Shown here piece by piece: positions 18,570-28,756 of a DNA stretch of 62,289 bases. Under the pieces are notes generated by a model. The model ran no database searches, had not been told where the DNA came from, and saw only the letters and a list, made by a program, of their open reading frames with translations. The DNA lies in assembly GCA_030639005.1 (NCBI GenBank), contig DAOWDN010000165.1, forward strand, positions 1-62,289, written 5' to 3'. Source of the stretch: Bacteroidia bacterium (GTDB taxonomy: Bacteria > Bacteroidota > Bacteroidia > Bacteroidales > GCA-2748055). The position numbers were made by a program, and so were the translations under genes. Within the stretch, counting starts at the first letter, position 1. The number at the start of each line of letters is the position of its first letter.

Positions 18570-20271
18570 TCCTGCTGCCTTTTACAGTTTCGATCTTCTT
18601 TTCAAGCCTGGCTTTGTCTCCCCCCAGGATGATGGCTTTCAAATAGTAAGATTGTGCTATTTCGTAACTCTTCAGGGCCAGCTGTATATCTCCTGCATGT
18701 TCATTTACCTCCGGATCATTTTCTCCTCCTTTTTCCAATGCATTTAAAATGTACTTCTCAGCTTCTTCGTAAGCCTCAAGCTTATAAAGCACCCATGCAT
18801 ATGTGTCCAGGAAAGTGGCATTGTCGGGGTTGTTCTTTACCACTGTATAACTCAACTCTTTTGCTTTAGTCAGATGGTCTCCCCGTTCGGCCAGGTAGTA
18901 GCTGTAGTTATTTAGCACCATATAATTGCCTGGATCTTCCTGTATCAGGGATTCAAACAATGAATCTGATTGTGGAAAATCATTGATTCTGTAATACGCT
19001 TCTGCTATAAGCATTTTTGACTGTGAAACATACTCCTCGCTGGAATACTGATCGGCCGAGACATCCTTAAAATTCACGATCAATTCTTTAAAATCTCCTT
19101 TCTCATAAAGTCCCACCCCCCTGAAAAACCGTATATCAGCACTGTCGGGATAATACTCAAGGGCCCTGCCGGTGATCTCTATGAGCTCTTCATCCAGGGA
19201 AGAGGCATTAGCCAGCATAATGGTTTGCATATAGATATTGTAACTGCCCCTGTTTTTCTCCAAATAATGCTTCAGATGGAAATATGAACGATCATACATT
19301 CTGGTTTGTATATAAAAATCGGCAGCAAGCAGTCTCAGATCATTCTCATCGGGCTGGGCCTGTGCAAACTCTTCAATGACCTCTGACAGCTCTGAGGCGT
19401 AGTTTGTAACATATTTCTCTTCGGACAGATAATAGGATAGTATGGCTAGTTTTCTCTTAACATCAACTTGCTCGCTTCTGAATGACATGGCCAGATAGTT
19501 GAAACTCTGACTGTAATCCTCCGTTTTTCTATAGTAGTCGGTCAGGTTTGTCAGGGCAAAAATATTCATGCTATCCACTTCCAGAATCTCCTTATAGTAA
19601 GCGGCGGCTGCTGCCTCCTTACCGTTTTTCATACACAGTTCAGCCGCTACAATCCTGAATTGTATGGCTTCCGGAAAAATAACCATTACCTTCTCTATCT
19701 CCTCCCTGGCCTGCTCATACTTTTCTTCACTTTCATATACAGAAGCTTTCAATAAGGTAATCTTCTCGCTGAAACCTTTCTCCTTTTCTATTTTCTCCAG
19801 TGTTCTGATTGACTTCCCAGATTTTCCCATGGCAAAATAAGCTGAAGCCAGCTGGTATTCCCATTCTACGTTCCCCGGATCATTCTTCATTTTTTCCTTC
19901 AGGATTTCTACCACCTTATCAAAAGCTTCCTGAGCTCCCAGGGCATTTATATATGCAATTGTATACCATTGATTATCAGGGTCTATAATATATGCTTTGG
20001 CCAGGTTTTTTCTGGCCAGCTCCACCTGATTGGTCATCAGGTATATGGTGCCCGCTTCAAAATAGGCCACATCACAATCCGGTTTCTCTTTGATCACCAG
20101 ATTATAAAGCTTTAAAGCCTCTGCCATATGGCCAAGGTTTTTCTGCTTAACAGCTTCAATCAGTGCATATTGATAGTCCTGGTTCTTCTCTCCTTTTTGG
20201 CTCCAACCCACTAAGGTTCCTGAGAACAGCATTCCCAACACCAACAACCCAATAACTGCTCCCTTTTTCAT
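18562..20271 (-). CDS. Exported tetratricopeptide-repeat protein
   Basis: Signal peptide, many TPRs, VLNNYSYYLA, FLDTYAWVLY. Confidence 0.88.
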   Translation of the reverse strand: MKKGAVIGLLVLGMLFSGTLVGWSQKGEKNQDYQYALIEAVKQKNLGHMAEALKLYNLVIKEKPDCDVAYFEAGTIYLMTNQVELARKNLAKAYIIDPDNQWYTIAYINALGAQEAFDKVVEILKEKMKNDPGNVEWEYQLASAYFAMGKSGKSIRTLEKIEKEKGFSEKITLLKASVYESEEKYEQAREEIEKVMVIFPEAIQFRIVAAELCMKNGKEAAAAAYYKEILEVDSMNIFALTNLTDYYRKTEDYSQSFNYLAMSFRSEQVDVKRKLAILSYYLSEEKYVTNYASELSEVIEEFAQAQPDENDLRLLAADFYIQTRMYDRSYFHLKHYLEKNRGSYNIYMQTIMLANASSLDEELIEITGRALEYYPDSADIRFFRGVGLYEKGDFKELIVNFKDVSADQYSSEEYVSQSKMLIAEAYYRINDFPQSDSLFESLIQEDPGNYMVLNNYSYYLAERGDHLTKAKELSYTVVKNNPDNATFLDTYAWVLYKLEAYEEAEKYILNALEKGGENDPEVNEHAGDIQLALKSYEIAQSYYLKAIILGGDKARLEKKIETVKGSRNE

Positions 20272-20278
20272 TTATTCA

Positions 20279-20713
20279 TCAATTTGTTCCTGTATGTCCA
20301 AAACCCCCGGCACCACGATCAGACTCCTCCAGCGAATCGACCGGCGACCATTGAATGGACTCAATTTTATTGATCACCATCTGGCAAATTCTCTCTCCAT
20401 CCTTCACTACAAAATCCTCACCCGACAGGTTGATCAGAATGATTCCAATCTCACCACGGTAATCAGCATCGATGGTGCCCGGAGTATTTACCACAGAAAT
20501 GCCATTTTTCAATGCCAGTCCGCTCCTGGGCCTGATCTGGGCTTCATATCCGGCAGGCAATTCAATAAATAACCCGGTTGGAATAAGCTTACGCTGCAAG
20601 GGTTTTAATGTGACGGGCCGCTCCAGGCTCGCCCTCAGATCCATCCCGGCCGATAAGGGGGTGCTATATCCCGGCAGGGGATTCTCTGAGTTGTTCACAA
20701 TTTTAACTTCCAT
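20279..20713 (-). CDS. dut: dUTP diphosphatase
   Basis: [33 protein letters not shown]; start at the ATG at 20713. Confidence 0.97.
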   Translation of the reverse strand: MEVKIVNNSENPLPGYSTPLSAGMDLRASLERPVTLKPLQRKLIPTGLFIELPAGYEAQIRPRSGLALKNGISVVNTPGTIDADYRGEIGIILINLSGEDFVVKDGERICQMVINKIESIQWSPVDSLEESDRGAGGFGHTGTN

Positions 20714-20717
20714 CTGA

Positions 20718-22190
20718 TCAGTCTGGTTTATAATTATTAAATGTAGGACGCTCCTTCCATACAACTATTACACCAAAACCACCCAGTAGCAACAGGGGCC
20801 ACAATTTCCCCCAGCCCTGAATGTCCTGCAAAAATAGTTTATTGCTTACATATATGAACCCTGCCAGGGCGATATATGCCACGATTCTTCCTGTCCGGTA
20901 AGGAATCGGAAAGTGTTTTTTCGACCAGGCATAGGAGAGCGCCACCATAGTACTGTAACACAACAGGTGGGCCCATGCAGATGCCACATAGCCGTACCTG
21001 GGGATAAACAGAAGGTTTACCACTATTGTAATAGCTGCTCCTACCAGGACAAATATGGCACCAAAATGGGTCTTATTTGATAATTTATACCATATGGAGA
21101 GATTGAAGAAGATGCCCATGACCAGGTTGGCCGCAAGCACCACCGGTACGATATGCACTCCTTCTCTGAAACCCGACCCGATAAAAAGTATAAAATAATC
21201 GAGATAAAGAGTGACCAGGAGAAATATAAAGAGTCCGGCCACCACAAAAAATGTCATTACATCCGCATAGAGTTTCCTGGCATTTTTGTCTTCCGATTTT
21301 GAAAAAAAGAAAGGTTCTGCTGCATATCTGAACATTTGAACAAAAAGAGTCATCAAGACGGCCAGTTTGTAATTTGCCCCATAAATCCCCAGTTGTTCCA
21401 TGGGATTTTGTTCCGGTGATATCAAGTGCTTCAACAGGATCCTGTCAAGAGCTTCATTCACTGTTCCGGCCAGTCCCGCAATCAACAAAGGATAGGAGTA
21501 TCTGAGCACCTCCTTCAGCATGCTCCTGTCAAAAGTAGAACGGAAAGCTGCTGCTATTTCCGGCACCAGCAAAAGAAGTTTTAATGATGAAGCTATAAGG
21601 TTGGATATCAACACATATCCCACACCAATGCTTTCATTGTATATCACTGAAACCAGCTCAGAGTCGGTGTGGCGGGGACAGTAAAAGAGGAAAAACAGGT
21701 TCAGGCTTATATTGACTGAAACCTCCACCAGGCGTATCAGGGCATATTTTACAGGCCGGTTAAGCAACCTTATCCTTGCAAAAGGGATGGAAGTAAATGC
21801 ATCGATCCCCACAATAAACGCCAGCCATTTGATATACTCAGGATGCCGGTCATAGCCGATCGCATTGCTGACAGGACCCGACCATACCTGCATGGCGATG
21901 ATAAACAGCAACGAGGTGGCAAACAGAGATCCCAGCACCGTGCTGTACACCTTCTCCTTCTTCTCGGAGTTGCTGGCAAATCTGAAATAGCCGGTCTCCA
22001 TGCCATAAGTAAGAATGACCAGGAGAAATACCACATAAGCATAGAGCTCGGTAATCACACCATAAGAAGCCTTCTCAAAAACCCGGGTATAAAAAGGTGT
22101 AAGCAACAGATAGTTAAGCAGGCGAGGCAAAACAATGCCAAGTCCGTATACGGCGGTCTGCCCGAACAGCTGTTTGATGGGGTTTTTCAA
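20718..22190 (-). CDS. Polysaccharide biosynthesis flippase (MOP/Wzx-like)
   Basis: About 13-14 TM helices; [29 protein letters not shown]. Confidence 0.85.
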   Translation of the reverse strand: MKNPIKQLFGQTAVYGLGIVLPRLLNYLLLTPFYTRVFEKASYGVITELYAYVVFLLVILTYGMETGYFRFASNSEKKEKVYSTVLGSLFATSLLFIIAMQVWSGPVSNAIGYDRHPEYIKWLAFIVGIDAFTSIPFARIRLLNRPVKYALIRLVEVSVNISLNLFFLFYCPRHTDSELVSVIYNESIGVGYVLISNLIASSLKLLLLVPEIAAAFRSTFDRSMLKEVLRYSYPLLIAGLAGTVNEALDRILLKHLISPEQNPMEQLGIYGANYKLAVLMTLFVQMFRYAAEPFFFSKSEDKNARKLYADVMTFFVVAGLFIFLLVTLYLDYFILFIGSGFREGVHIVPVVLAANLVMGIFFNLSIWYKLSNKTHFGAIFVLVGAAITIVVNLLFIPRYGYVASAWAHLLCYSTMVALSYAWSKKHFPIPYRTGRIVAYIALAGFIYVSNKLFLQDIQGWGKLWPLLLLGGFGVIVVWKERPTFNNYKPD

Positions 22191-22236
22191 GTTCTCCGCA
22201 AGATTTCCGTAAAAGTAGCATTATCCGGAGCGATGA

Positions 22237-24531
22237 TCATTCATCTCCAGATTTTTTATTAAACAGGAGATACCCGAAACTGAGTTGAAAAACCCAGGGA
22301 TATTCCTCATCAGTAATATATCCCAGGTGGAGCGATACCGGACCGGCCACCGTCACCATATTCAAAGAGGCGCTAAACATGGTAAGCATGCTTTTAAAAT
22401 AGTTGCCCAGGTACGCCTCATTATTCATATCCCTGAGAATCTCCTGTACCGGGAAAAATGCATATGATTCCAGTTTGGCATGTATCTGTTTTCTGAAATT
22501 GTAGACTGGCATCAGACCCACGGCTATGAACTGATTTGCCCTGTATTGCTCCATAAACAGGCCCTTTGTAATAAGGTTTGGCTGAAATGCCGGAGCCTCA
22601 ATAATGGTTGAAAAATAGTTGTTCAGCAAAGGCTTGAAGCTGGCCTCAGCCTGAAGATGATAACCAAGTGAAAAAGATCCAGTCAGAGGAACATAACCGG
22701 TGTTTTCTACCTTTGCCGAAAACCAGGTATAGTTTGTTCTTTCGTTGAGCTGAGCCTCGGTAGTAGAACCGGGGTAATAGGACTCCATACCATAACCCAC
22801 CCGAATGGAGTGTATCCTGTGTGTCCCCTCTGTTGGAAACTGCTTATTGTTCAGAGTATTTCGATCACTTGCCAGGTACATTGAAATAAGGTTCACATTT
22901 GAAATCTCCGAGGTATCGGTGGAGGAGAAATCCCGGGTCATATAGTAAATCTCTTTGCTCCTCCCAATGCCAAGCCCCCCTTTAATTATCCCGTTGATCT
23001 TATAGGGAATTCCCACATCAAACCGAAAATTTATCTCATCCTCGGTAATGTAGGGAGGTTTCATGTCCTCAAAAAAGAAATTGGTGTTGTAGGTGTTGTA
23101 GCGATAACCGTTGTAGTTGAAATTTATTTTAAAAAAGATCGGGACCCTGGAAGGATAATCGAACCTAATTCCCAAGTTTACACCATTATAGAACCTTCCG
23201 AACTGAATGCTGCCTTTCAGGTGTGTATTGATCTCCGAAATCTGTCTGTAACTTAAGCCAAGGTAGGTCTGGGCCATTCCCGTGGTGGAGAAAAAGAGAC
23301 CAAACCGTGCCTCCAGGGGGGTTTGTGGAACCACCCTTAGTTTCATTGTAAAAAATGTGTCTTGTGGATTGTATACGGCCCGGGGGTAGATATAAGAAAA
23401 ACTCCTGTCGGTGGCCAGTTTGAGGTACTCCGTTTTCATCTCCTCCACCTCCAGAATGGCATCCGATTTCCGGATAGACTGTTCCACATAATACTCTTGC
23501 TTCTCATCGAGACCATCGATCTCTAATTCACTAAACCGAAGTTCCGGAAAGGTATTCACAAATGCCTCTCTCCTTTTTTTCAGGGTGGCTGAATCCTCTG
23601 CCACCCTGTGAACAATCAGTTTGATGCTGTCCATTTTTTCAAGTGTGGTCCTGTAACCGATATCCACAAACTCCTCCAGTTTATCAAAAGCAAGCAGCGA
23701 TTGCTTTTTCAGATCATGATCGAGTAACACACCCTGCCCTGAATCAATTTCATAACTAACGGGTTTCATTACGATATTTTCGATCTGTCCCATGATATCA
23801 AATTCATCGGGAGCTTTATTTCCTTCAGCTGCCTTGCTCCCAATGACCACGTCGGGATTAAATTGCGATTTCACGTGTTTCACCGGAAAGTTATCATAGA
23901 TTCCCCCGTCATACATGATATTTCCCTCCATGACAATGGGGCGGAAGTAGAGGGGAACGGTCATGGATGCCCTGATTGCCTGAGAGAGGTCTCCTTTTCT
24001 GAAAACAACTTCCCTGTTGTTACTGACATCAGCCGCATTGCAAAGAAACGGGACAAAAAGGCTGTCAAAATCATATCCTGCAGCCGCGCTGGCCCTGGCA
24101 AAAATCTCTATAAATGCGAAATCCATCAGGTGGTTGGGAATGACGCTTAAAGGGATTCGGGGTTTGGGTACGGTGTCCTTCAGGTCGATCCCCACATTAA
24201 ACAGATCCGGGGCGGGTTCTTCTTCTTTAAAATAATATTTATACTCCTCCTCTATGATCCCACTCATCCAGTAATAAAATTCGTCCGATTTGATGATGGC
24301 GATTATTTCGTCGGTGCTCATTCCTATGGCATAGCACCCTCCTACAATGGCGCCCATGGATGTACCCCCTATATAATCAATGGGAATCCTGTTCTCCTCC
24401 AAGGCCTTAATCACACCTATATGAGCCAGACCTTTGGACCCGCCACCACTTAAGACAAGGCCCACAGACTGGCCGTTTACCACCAGGTGCAACAAGCCAA
24501 TTAAACCCAGGAAGAAACATTTTTTCAACAT
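22237..24531 (-). CDS. Patatin-like phospholipase with a C-terminal beta-barrel-like region
   Basis: Signal peptide, GGGSKG, GTSMG, DGG; C-terminus of alternating beta strands ending FQLSFGYLLF. Confidence 0.88.
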   Translation of the reverse strand: MLKKCFFLGLIGLLHLVVNGQSVGLVLSGGGSKGLAHIGVIKALEENRIPIDYIGGTSMGAIVGGCYAIGMSTDEIIAIIKSDEFYYWMSGIIEEEYKYYFKEEEPAPDLFNVGIDLKDTVPKPRIPLSVIPNHLMDFAFIEIFARASAAAGYDFDSLFVPFLCNAADVSNNREVVFRKGDLSQAIRASMTVPLYFRPIVMEGNIMYDGGIYDNFPVKHVKSQFNPDVVIGSKAAEGNKAPDEFDIMGQIENIVMKPVSYEIDSGQGVLLDHDLKKQSLLAFDKLEEFVDIGYRTTLEKMDSIKLIVHRVAEDSATLKKRREAFVNTFPELRFSELEIDGLDEKQEYYVEQSIRKSDAILEVEEMKTEYLKLATDRSFSYIYPRAVYNPQDTFFTMKLRVVPQTPLEARFGLFFSTTGMAQTYLGLSYRQISEINTHLKGSIQFGRFYNGVNLGIRFDYPSRVPIFFKINFNYNGYRYNTYNTNFFFEDMKPPYITEDEINFRFDVGIPYKINGIIKGGLGIGRSKEIYYMTRDFSSTDTSEISNVNLISMYLASDRNTLNNKQFPTEGTHRIHSIRVGYGMESYYPGSTTEAQLNERTNYTWFSAKVENTGYVPLTGSFSLGYHLQAEASFKPLLNNYFSTIIEAPAFQPNLITKGLFMEQYRANQFIAVGLMPVYNFRKQIHAKLESYAFFPVQEILRDMNNEAYLGNYFKSMLTMFSASLNMVTVAGPVSLHLGYITDEEYPWVFQLSFGYLLFNKKSGDE

Positions 24532-24537
24532 TCGTTT

Positions 24538-24545
24538 TATCTTTG
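24538..24545 (+). promoter_or_regulatory. Bacteroidota -7 promoter element
   Basis: TATCTTTG upstream of the ATG at 24578. Confidence 0.55.
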
Positions 24546-24577
24546 CAGGGCTATTTCATATTAAAAATACGCCAATT

Positions 24578-25258
24578 ATGATGAAGAAGTATCTGGCCGG
24601 CCCTATTGTTTCACTTGCAATCATGCTCTTTGTACCTTCTTTTCAAGCTGTAGCTCAGGAAACCGGAGAAGAGCGCTTAATTAAATTTGAAACATCACTG
24701 GGGGATATGGTCATCATGCTCTATGATGAAACTCCTGGTCACCGCGACAATATGATCAAACTGATTAAAGAGGGCTTTTATAACGATCAGCTCTTTCACC
24801 GGGTCATCAAAGATTTTATGATCCAGGGCGGAGATCCTCATTCTGTAGGTGCTTCGCGGGGACAGCGCCTGGGTTCAGGGGGGCCTGGTTACACCATCCC
24901 TGCCGAATTTAACAAAGCTCTGATACATAAAAAAGGGGCCCTGGCAGCCGCAAGGAAAGGCGACCAGATCAATCCCGAACAGGCCTCTTCCGGCTCTCAG
25001 TTTTACCTGGTTCAGGGCAGGATCCTCACTCCGGAAGAGATTAATCTCCTTACACAAAGGGGCATGGCAGCCTTCACCGAGGAGAGTGCAGAAATCTATA
25101 CCACCCTGGGCGGAACACCTCACCTCGATGGGGCTTATACCGTTTTTGGTGAAGTGTTGCAGGGCTTGGAGGTACTCGATCTGATCGCAGGTCAGCAAAT
25201 AGATGCCTACAACCGTCCGGTTGAAGATGTAATCTTCTCCGTTTCCATCATCAGATAA
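24578..25258 (+). CDS. Cyclophilin-type peptidyl-prolyl isomerase, exported
   Basis: FHRVIKDFMIQGGDP, SSGSQFY, HLDGAYTVFGEV; signal peptide follows the ATG at 24578. Confidence 0.94.
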   Translation: MMKKYLAGPIVSLAIMLFVPSFQAVAQETGEERLIKFETSLGDMVIMLYDETPGHRDNMIKLIKEGFYNDQLFHRVIKDFMIQGGDPHSVGASRGQRLGSGGPGYTIPAEFNKALIHKKGALAAARKGDQINPEQASSGSQFYLVQGRILTPEEINLLTQRGMAAFTEESAEIYTTLGGTPHLDGAYTVFGEVLQGLEVLDLIAGQQIDAYNRPVEDVIFSVSIIR

Positions 25259-25270
25259 GACACTTTTTTA

Positions 25271-25278
25271 TACTTTTG
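25271..25278 (+). promoter_or_regulatory. Bacteroidota -7 promoter element
   Basis: TACTTTTG, 20 nt before pheS. Confidence 0.55.
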
Positions 25279-25298
25279 TATCTCTAATTCAAACAGAT

Positions 25299-26318
25299 AT
25301 GCTTCAAAATATTGACAGGATCCTTGAGGAGGCCCGACAATTCAAAGCCGAAACAAGGGATGAAATTGAGCAATTCAGGATCAAATACCTGGGGAAAAAG
25401 GGGGTTCTCACAGATTTGTTCCGGAATTTCAAAGAGATTCCTGTGGAGCACAAAAAAGAGACCGGCCAGAAGATTAACCAGCTGAAACAGTTTATTTCAG
25501 AAAAAATTGATTCTCTGTTGGAGGGGGTCACCGATGAAGCCGATGGCCACTCCTCTGATGACCTCACCCTTCCTGGTCCCCCTGTCCAGTCCGGAGCCAG
25601 GCACCCCATCTCAATTGTTCGCAATGAGATCATCTCTATTTTTAGCAGGCTTGGTTATACCATATCAGAAGGTCCCGAGATCGAAGATGACTGGCATGTT
25701 TTTTCATCCCTTAATTTCCCCCCTGAACACCCTGCGCGTGACATGCAGGACACCTTTTTTATTGAGAAGGATCCCGATATCCTGCTTAGAACCCACACCT
25801 CCTCAGTACAGGTCAGAGTTATGGAAAAAGAGTCGCTGCCCATACGTACCATTTCGCCAGGCAGGGTATTCCGCAATGAAGCCATATCGGCCAGGGCACA
25901 CTGTATTTTTCACCAGGTGGAGGGGCTCTATATTGATGAAAATGTCTCCTTTGCCGACCTGAAGCAAACCCTTCTCTATTTTGCACAGGAGATGTTCGGC
26001 AAAGAGGTAGAAATCAGACTTCGGCCCTCCTATTTTCCATTCACCGAACCGTCTGCTGAAATGGATATCAGCTGCCAGATCTGTGGTGGCTTAGGGTGCA
26101 ATGTATGCAAATACACCGGCTGGCTGGAAATTCTTGGTTGTGGTATGGTAGATCCCAATGTGCTTGAATTCAACCATATAGACTCAAACAAGTATACCGG
26201 ATTAGCCTTTGGAATGGGTGTAGAGCGGGTGGCCATGCTGAAATACCAGGTAAAGGACCTCCGGCTCTACTTCGAAAACGATATCCGTTTTCTTGAACAG
26301 TTTGGTGCAGCATGGTAA
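25299..26318 (+). CDS. pheS: Phenylalanine--tRNA ligase alpha subunit
   Basis: HPARDMQDTF, LRTHTS, FHQVEG, YFPFTEPS, AFGMGVER. Confidence 0.98.
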   Translation: MLQNIDRILEEARQFKAETRDEIEQFRIKYLGKKGVLTDLFRNFKEIPVEHKKETGQKINQLKQFISEKIDSLLEGVTDEADGHSSDDLTLPGPPVQSGARHPISIVRNEIISIFSRLGYTISEGPEIEDDWHVFSSLNFPPEHPARDMQDTFFIEKDPDILLRTHTSSVQVRVMEKESLPIRTISPGRVFRNEAISARAHCIFHQVEGLYIDENVSFADLKQTLLYFAQEMFGKEVEIRLRPSYFPFTEPSAEMDISCQICGGLGCNVCKYTGWLEILGCGMVDPNVLEFNHIDSNKYTGLAFGMGVERVAMLKYQVKDLRLYFENDIRFLEQFGAAW

Positions 26319-26333
26319 AGGGGCTTATCCCTC

Positions 26334-26750
26334 TTACTCCTCGATGATAATTTCGTATGTAATGGGAAACGCCTTTAGATAGTTGGCTGAAACCCCGCAA
26401 TATCTTGTAGTGGAAAGATGCACGGCCTTCTCCACGTTTTTCCGGTTGATCCCTTTTCCCTTCAAGCGGTAGATAACCTTCATCCCTGCAAACTTTTTAG
26501 GGTGCTCTTCGGTGATGTCTCCTTCCACCTCCACCGAGAACTCCTCCACTTCTTCTCTCATTTTTTTAAGTATTGCTGCCACATCCATTCCGGTACAACC
26601 CGCCAGAGCCACCATCATCAGAGGCTTGGGCCTGGAACCGGTATTTTTTCCACCGTGCTCCGGGGAGCTATCCATATAGATTTTATGTCCGTCCACTTCA
26701 GCTTCAAAAGCCAGGTCGCTTAGCCATGTTGCTGTGATTGTTTCCCTCAT
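26334..26750 (-). CDS. OsmC family protein
   Basis: ALAGCTGMDV and RYCGVS, the two conserved Cys. Confidence 0.9.
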   Translation of the reverse strand: MRETITATWLSDLAFEAEVDGHKIYMDSSPEHGGKNTGSRPKPLMMVALAGCTGMDVAAILKKMREEVEEFSVEVEGDITEEHPKKFAGMKVIYRLKGKGINRKNVEKAVHLSTTRYCGVSANYLKAFPITYEIIIEE

Positions 26751-26802
26751 TGGTTTAAGTTTTCAAATGATATTTCGTTATTTTTAAAGATTCTTTTGTG
26801 TT

Positions 26803-27507
26803 ATGACTTACGATGAAATATTTGATATAAGTTGTGATTCCTGCATCATCAGGACCTATCCGCTATTTCGCCACCTTGTTCCACAGGAGCTCCACGAAAT
26901 TTCACTCAATAAGATAACAGAAACCTACAAAAGAGGATCGATCATCTACCAGGAAGGAAACCGCATGAAGGGGTTCTATTGTGTCCAAAAGGGCATCATA
27001 AAGATATATAAAACAGGTGTTGATGGAAAGGAACAGATCATCCGCTTTGCAAAACCTGGAGATGTTATCGGATACCGCTCGGTGGTTAGCAATGAACCTG
27101 CCTGTACCACTACCGAGGTGCTGGAAGAGAGCATTCTTTGTCACATCCCTGCAGATATTTTAGTCAATCTTATTCAGAGCAATGGTAATTTTGCGGTAGA
27201 GCTTATGAAACTCACATGTAAGGAGCTGGGTGAGGCAAACTCCTATATTACTGACATTGCGCAGAAGACTGTGAAAGAGAGGCTGGCTGAAATTCTTATC
27301 CAGCTGAATGAAGAGTTTGGTGAAGATTCACAGGGGGTGTTGAAAGTTTCTCTGACCCGGGAGGAGCTCTCCAACATTGTGGGTACGGCCACCGAATCCA
27401 TTATTCGCTTACTTTCTGAATTTAAGTCCCTTGGCTATCTCGAACTAAGCGGTAGAAAAATAAAAATCCTGGACAGGCCAGGATTGAAGCATATTGCCAA
27501 TATATAG
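26803..27507 (+). CDS. Crp/Fnr family transcriptional regulator
   Basis: N-terminal CDSC, cNMP-binding fold, HTH REELSNIVGTATESIIRLLS. Confidence 0.93.
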   Translation: MTYDEIFDISCDSCIIRTYPLFRHLVPQELHEISLNKITETYKRGSIIYQEGNRMKGFYCVQKGIIKIYKTGVDGKEQIIRFAKPGDVIGYRSVVSNEPACTTTEVLEESILCHIPADILVNLIQSNGNFAVELMKLTCKELGEANSYITDIAQKTVKERLAEILIQLNEEFGEDSQGVLKVSLTREELSNIVGTATESIIRLLSEFKSLGYLELSGRKIKILDRPGLKHIANI

Positions 27508-27513
27508 CCGGAC

Positions 27514-27687
27514 TTAGTCCACCAGCTTATTTACCACAATATGACCAAGCAGTCCCACGATAATTAACCCCAGGCTGATTCCAAGGTGTGTATTCGTCTG
27601 CACCTTGGTAAAAACCGCAATTCCCAGAATGATCACCCCGGCCAGTATAACCAGAAGTCCACTATTCTTCAATAAATCTTTTATCAT
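27514..27687 (-). CDS. Small two-TM membrane protein (57 aa), below the ORF-track cutoff
   Basis: MIKDLLKNSGLLVILAGVIILGIAVFTKVQTNTHLGISLGLIIVGLLGHIVVNKLVD. It fills the gap almost exactly and has its own TATATTTG at 27713-27720 (minus). Confidence 0.8.
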   Translation of the reverse strand: MIKDLLKNSGLLVILAGVIILGIAVFTKVQTNTHLGISLGLIIVGLLGHIVVNKLVD

Positions 27688-27729
27688 AACTGCTGACTGT
27701 TTCGATTCCTCACAAATATATACAAAATA

Positions 27730-28749
27730 TCAAAATAAAAAGTTCTGGCTATCTCTATATTTGCCAAGGTGTTCATAGGCATTGGCAGTCACCTCTCTTC
27801 CTCTGGGTGTTCGTTTGATATACCCTTCCTTGATCAGGAAGGGCTCATACACCTCTTCGATGGTCCCCGCCTCCTCGCCAACAGCTGTGGCTATGGTATT
27901 CAAACCCACCGGTCCACCCTGGAATTTATCAATAATGGTGGATAGTATCTTATTGTCCATTTCATCAAGTCCTGAACGATCTATATTCAGAGCATCAAGT
28001 CCATACTGTGTGATCTTCATATCAATCTTTCCATCTCCTTTTACCTGGGCAAAATCCCTGATTCTTCTTAACAACGCGTTGGCAATCCTTGGGGTTCCCC
28101 TGCTTCTGGAAGCAATCTCAACAGCAGCATCGTTATGGGTTTCCACTTTTAGAATACCCGAAGATCTTTTAACAATTCCTGTCAGCACCTCTGCATCATA
28201 ATACTCCAGCAAAGATTTTATCCCGAACCTTGCCCTGAGGGGCCCTGTTAACAATCCAGACCTGGTGGTGGCACCGATAAGCGTAAAAGGTTGAAGCGTA
28301 AGCTGAACAGATCGGGCAGCCGGTCCCTTATCTATCATAATATCAATATAATAATCCTCCATGGCCGAATACAGGTACTCCTCTACAATGGGAGAGAGCC
28401 GGTGGATCTCATCGATAAACAACACATCCCCTTCTTCCAGTCCGGTTAACAATCCGGCAAGGTCGCCCGGTTTATCAAGCACCGGTCCGGAAGTAATCTT
28501 AATACCCACCTCCATCTCGTTGGCAATGATGTGGGCCAGCGTGGTTTTTCCCAGTCCCGGGGGACCATGAAGAAGCACGTGATCAAGAGCTTCATCGCGC
28601 AACCGGGCTGCTTCCACGAAGATTTTCAAATTCTTCACGATTTTTTCCTGACCATCAAAATCAGAAAAGACAGAGGGCCGAAGCCGGGATTCAATTTCCA
28701 CCTCTTTGTCGGACAACTCCTTATCCCTGAATTCAAAATCCTCTTCCAT
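27730..28749 (-). CDS. ruvB: Holliday junction branch-migration helicase RuvB
   Basis: [27 protein letters not shown]. Confidence 0.98.
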   Translation of the reverse strand: MEEDFEFRDKELSDKEVEIESRLRPSVFSDFDGQEKIVKNLKIFVEAARLRDEALDHVLLHGPPGLGKTTLAHIIANEMEVGIKITSGPVLDKPGDLAGLLTGLEEGDVLFIDEIHRLSPIVEEYLYSAMEDYYIDIMIDKGPAARSVQLTLQPFTLIGATTRSGLLTGPLRARFGIKSLLEYYDAEVLTGIVKRSSGILKVETHNDAAVEIASRSRGTPRIANALLRRIRDFAQVKGDGKIDMKITQYGLDALNIDRSGLDEMDNKILSTIIDKFQGGPVGLNTIATAVGEEAGTIEEVYEPFLIKEGYIKRTPRGREVTANAYEHLGKYRDSQNFLF

Positions 28750-28756
28750 GCTGTAA

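Noticed and set aside
25299-26318. pheS without pheT (likewise ruvB without ruvA, nadA without nadB/nadC)
   Set aside because: Dispersed operons are normal in Bacteroidota.
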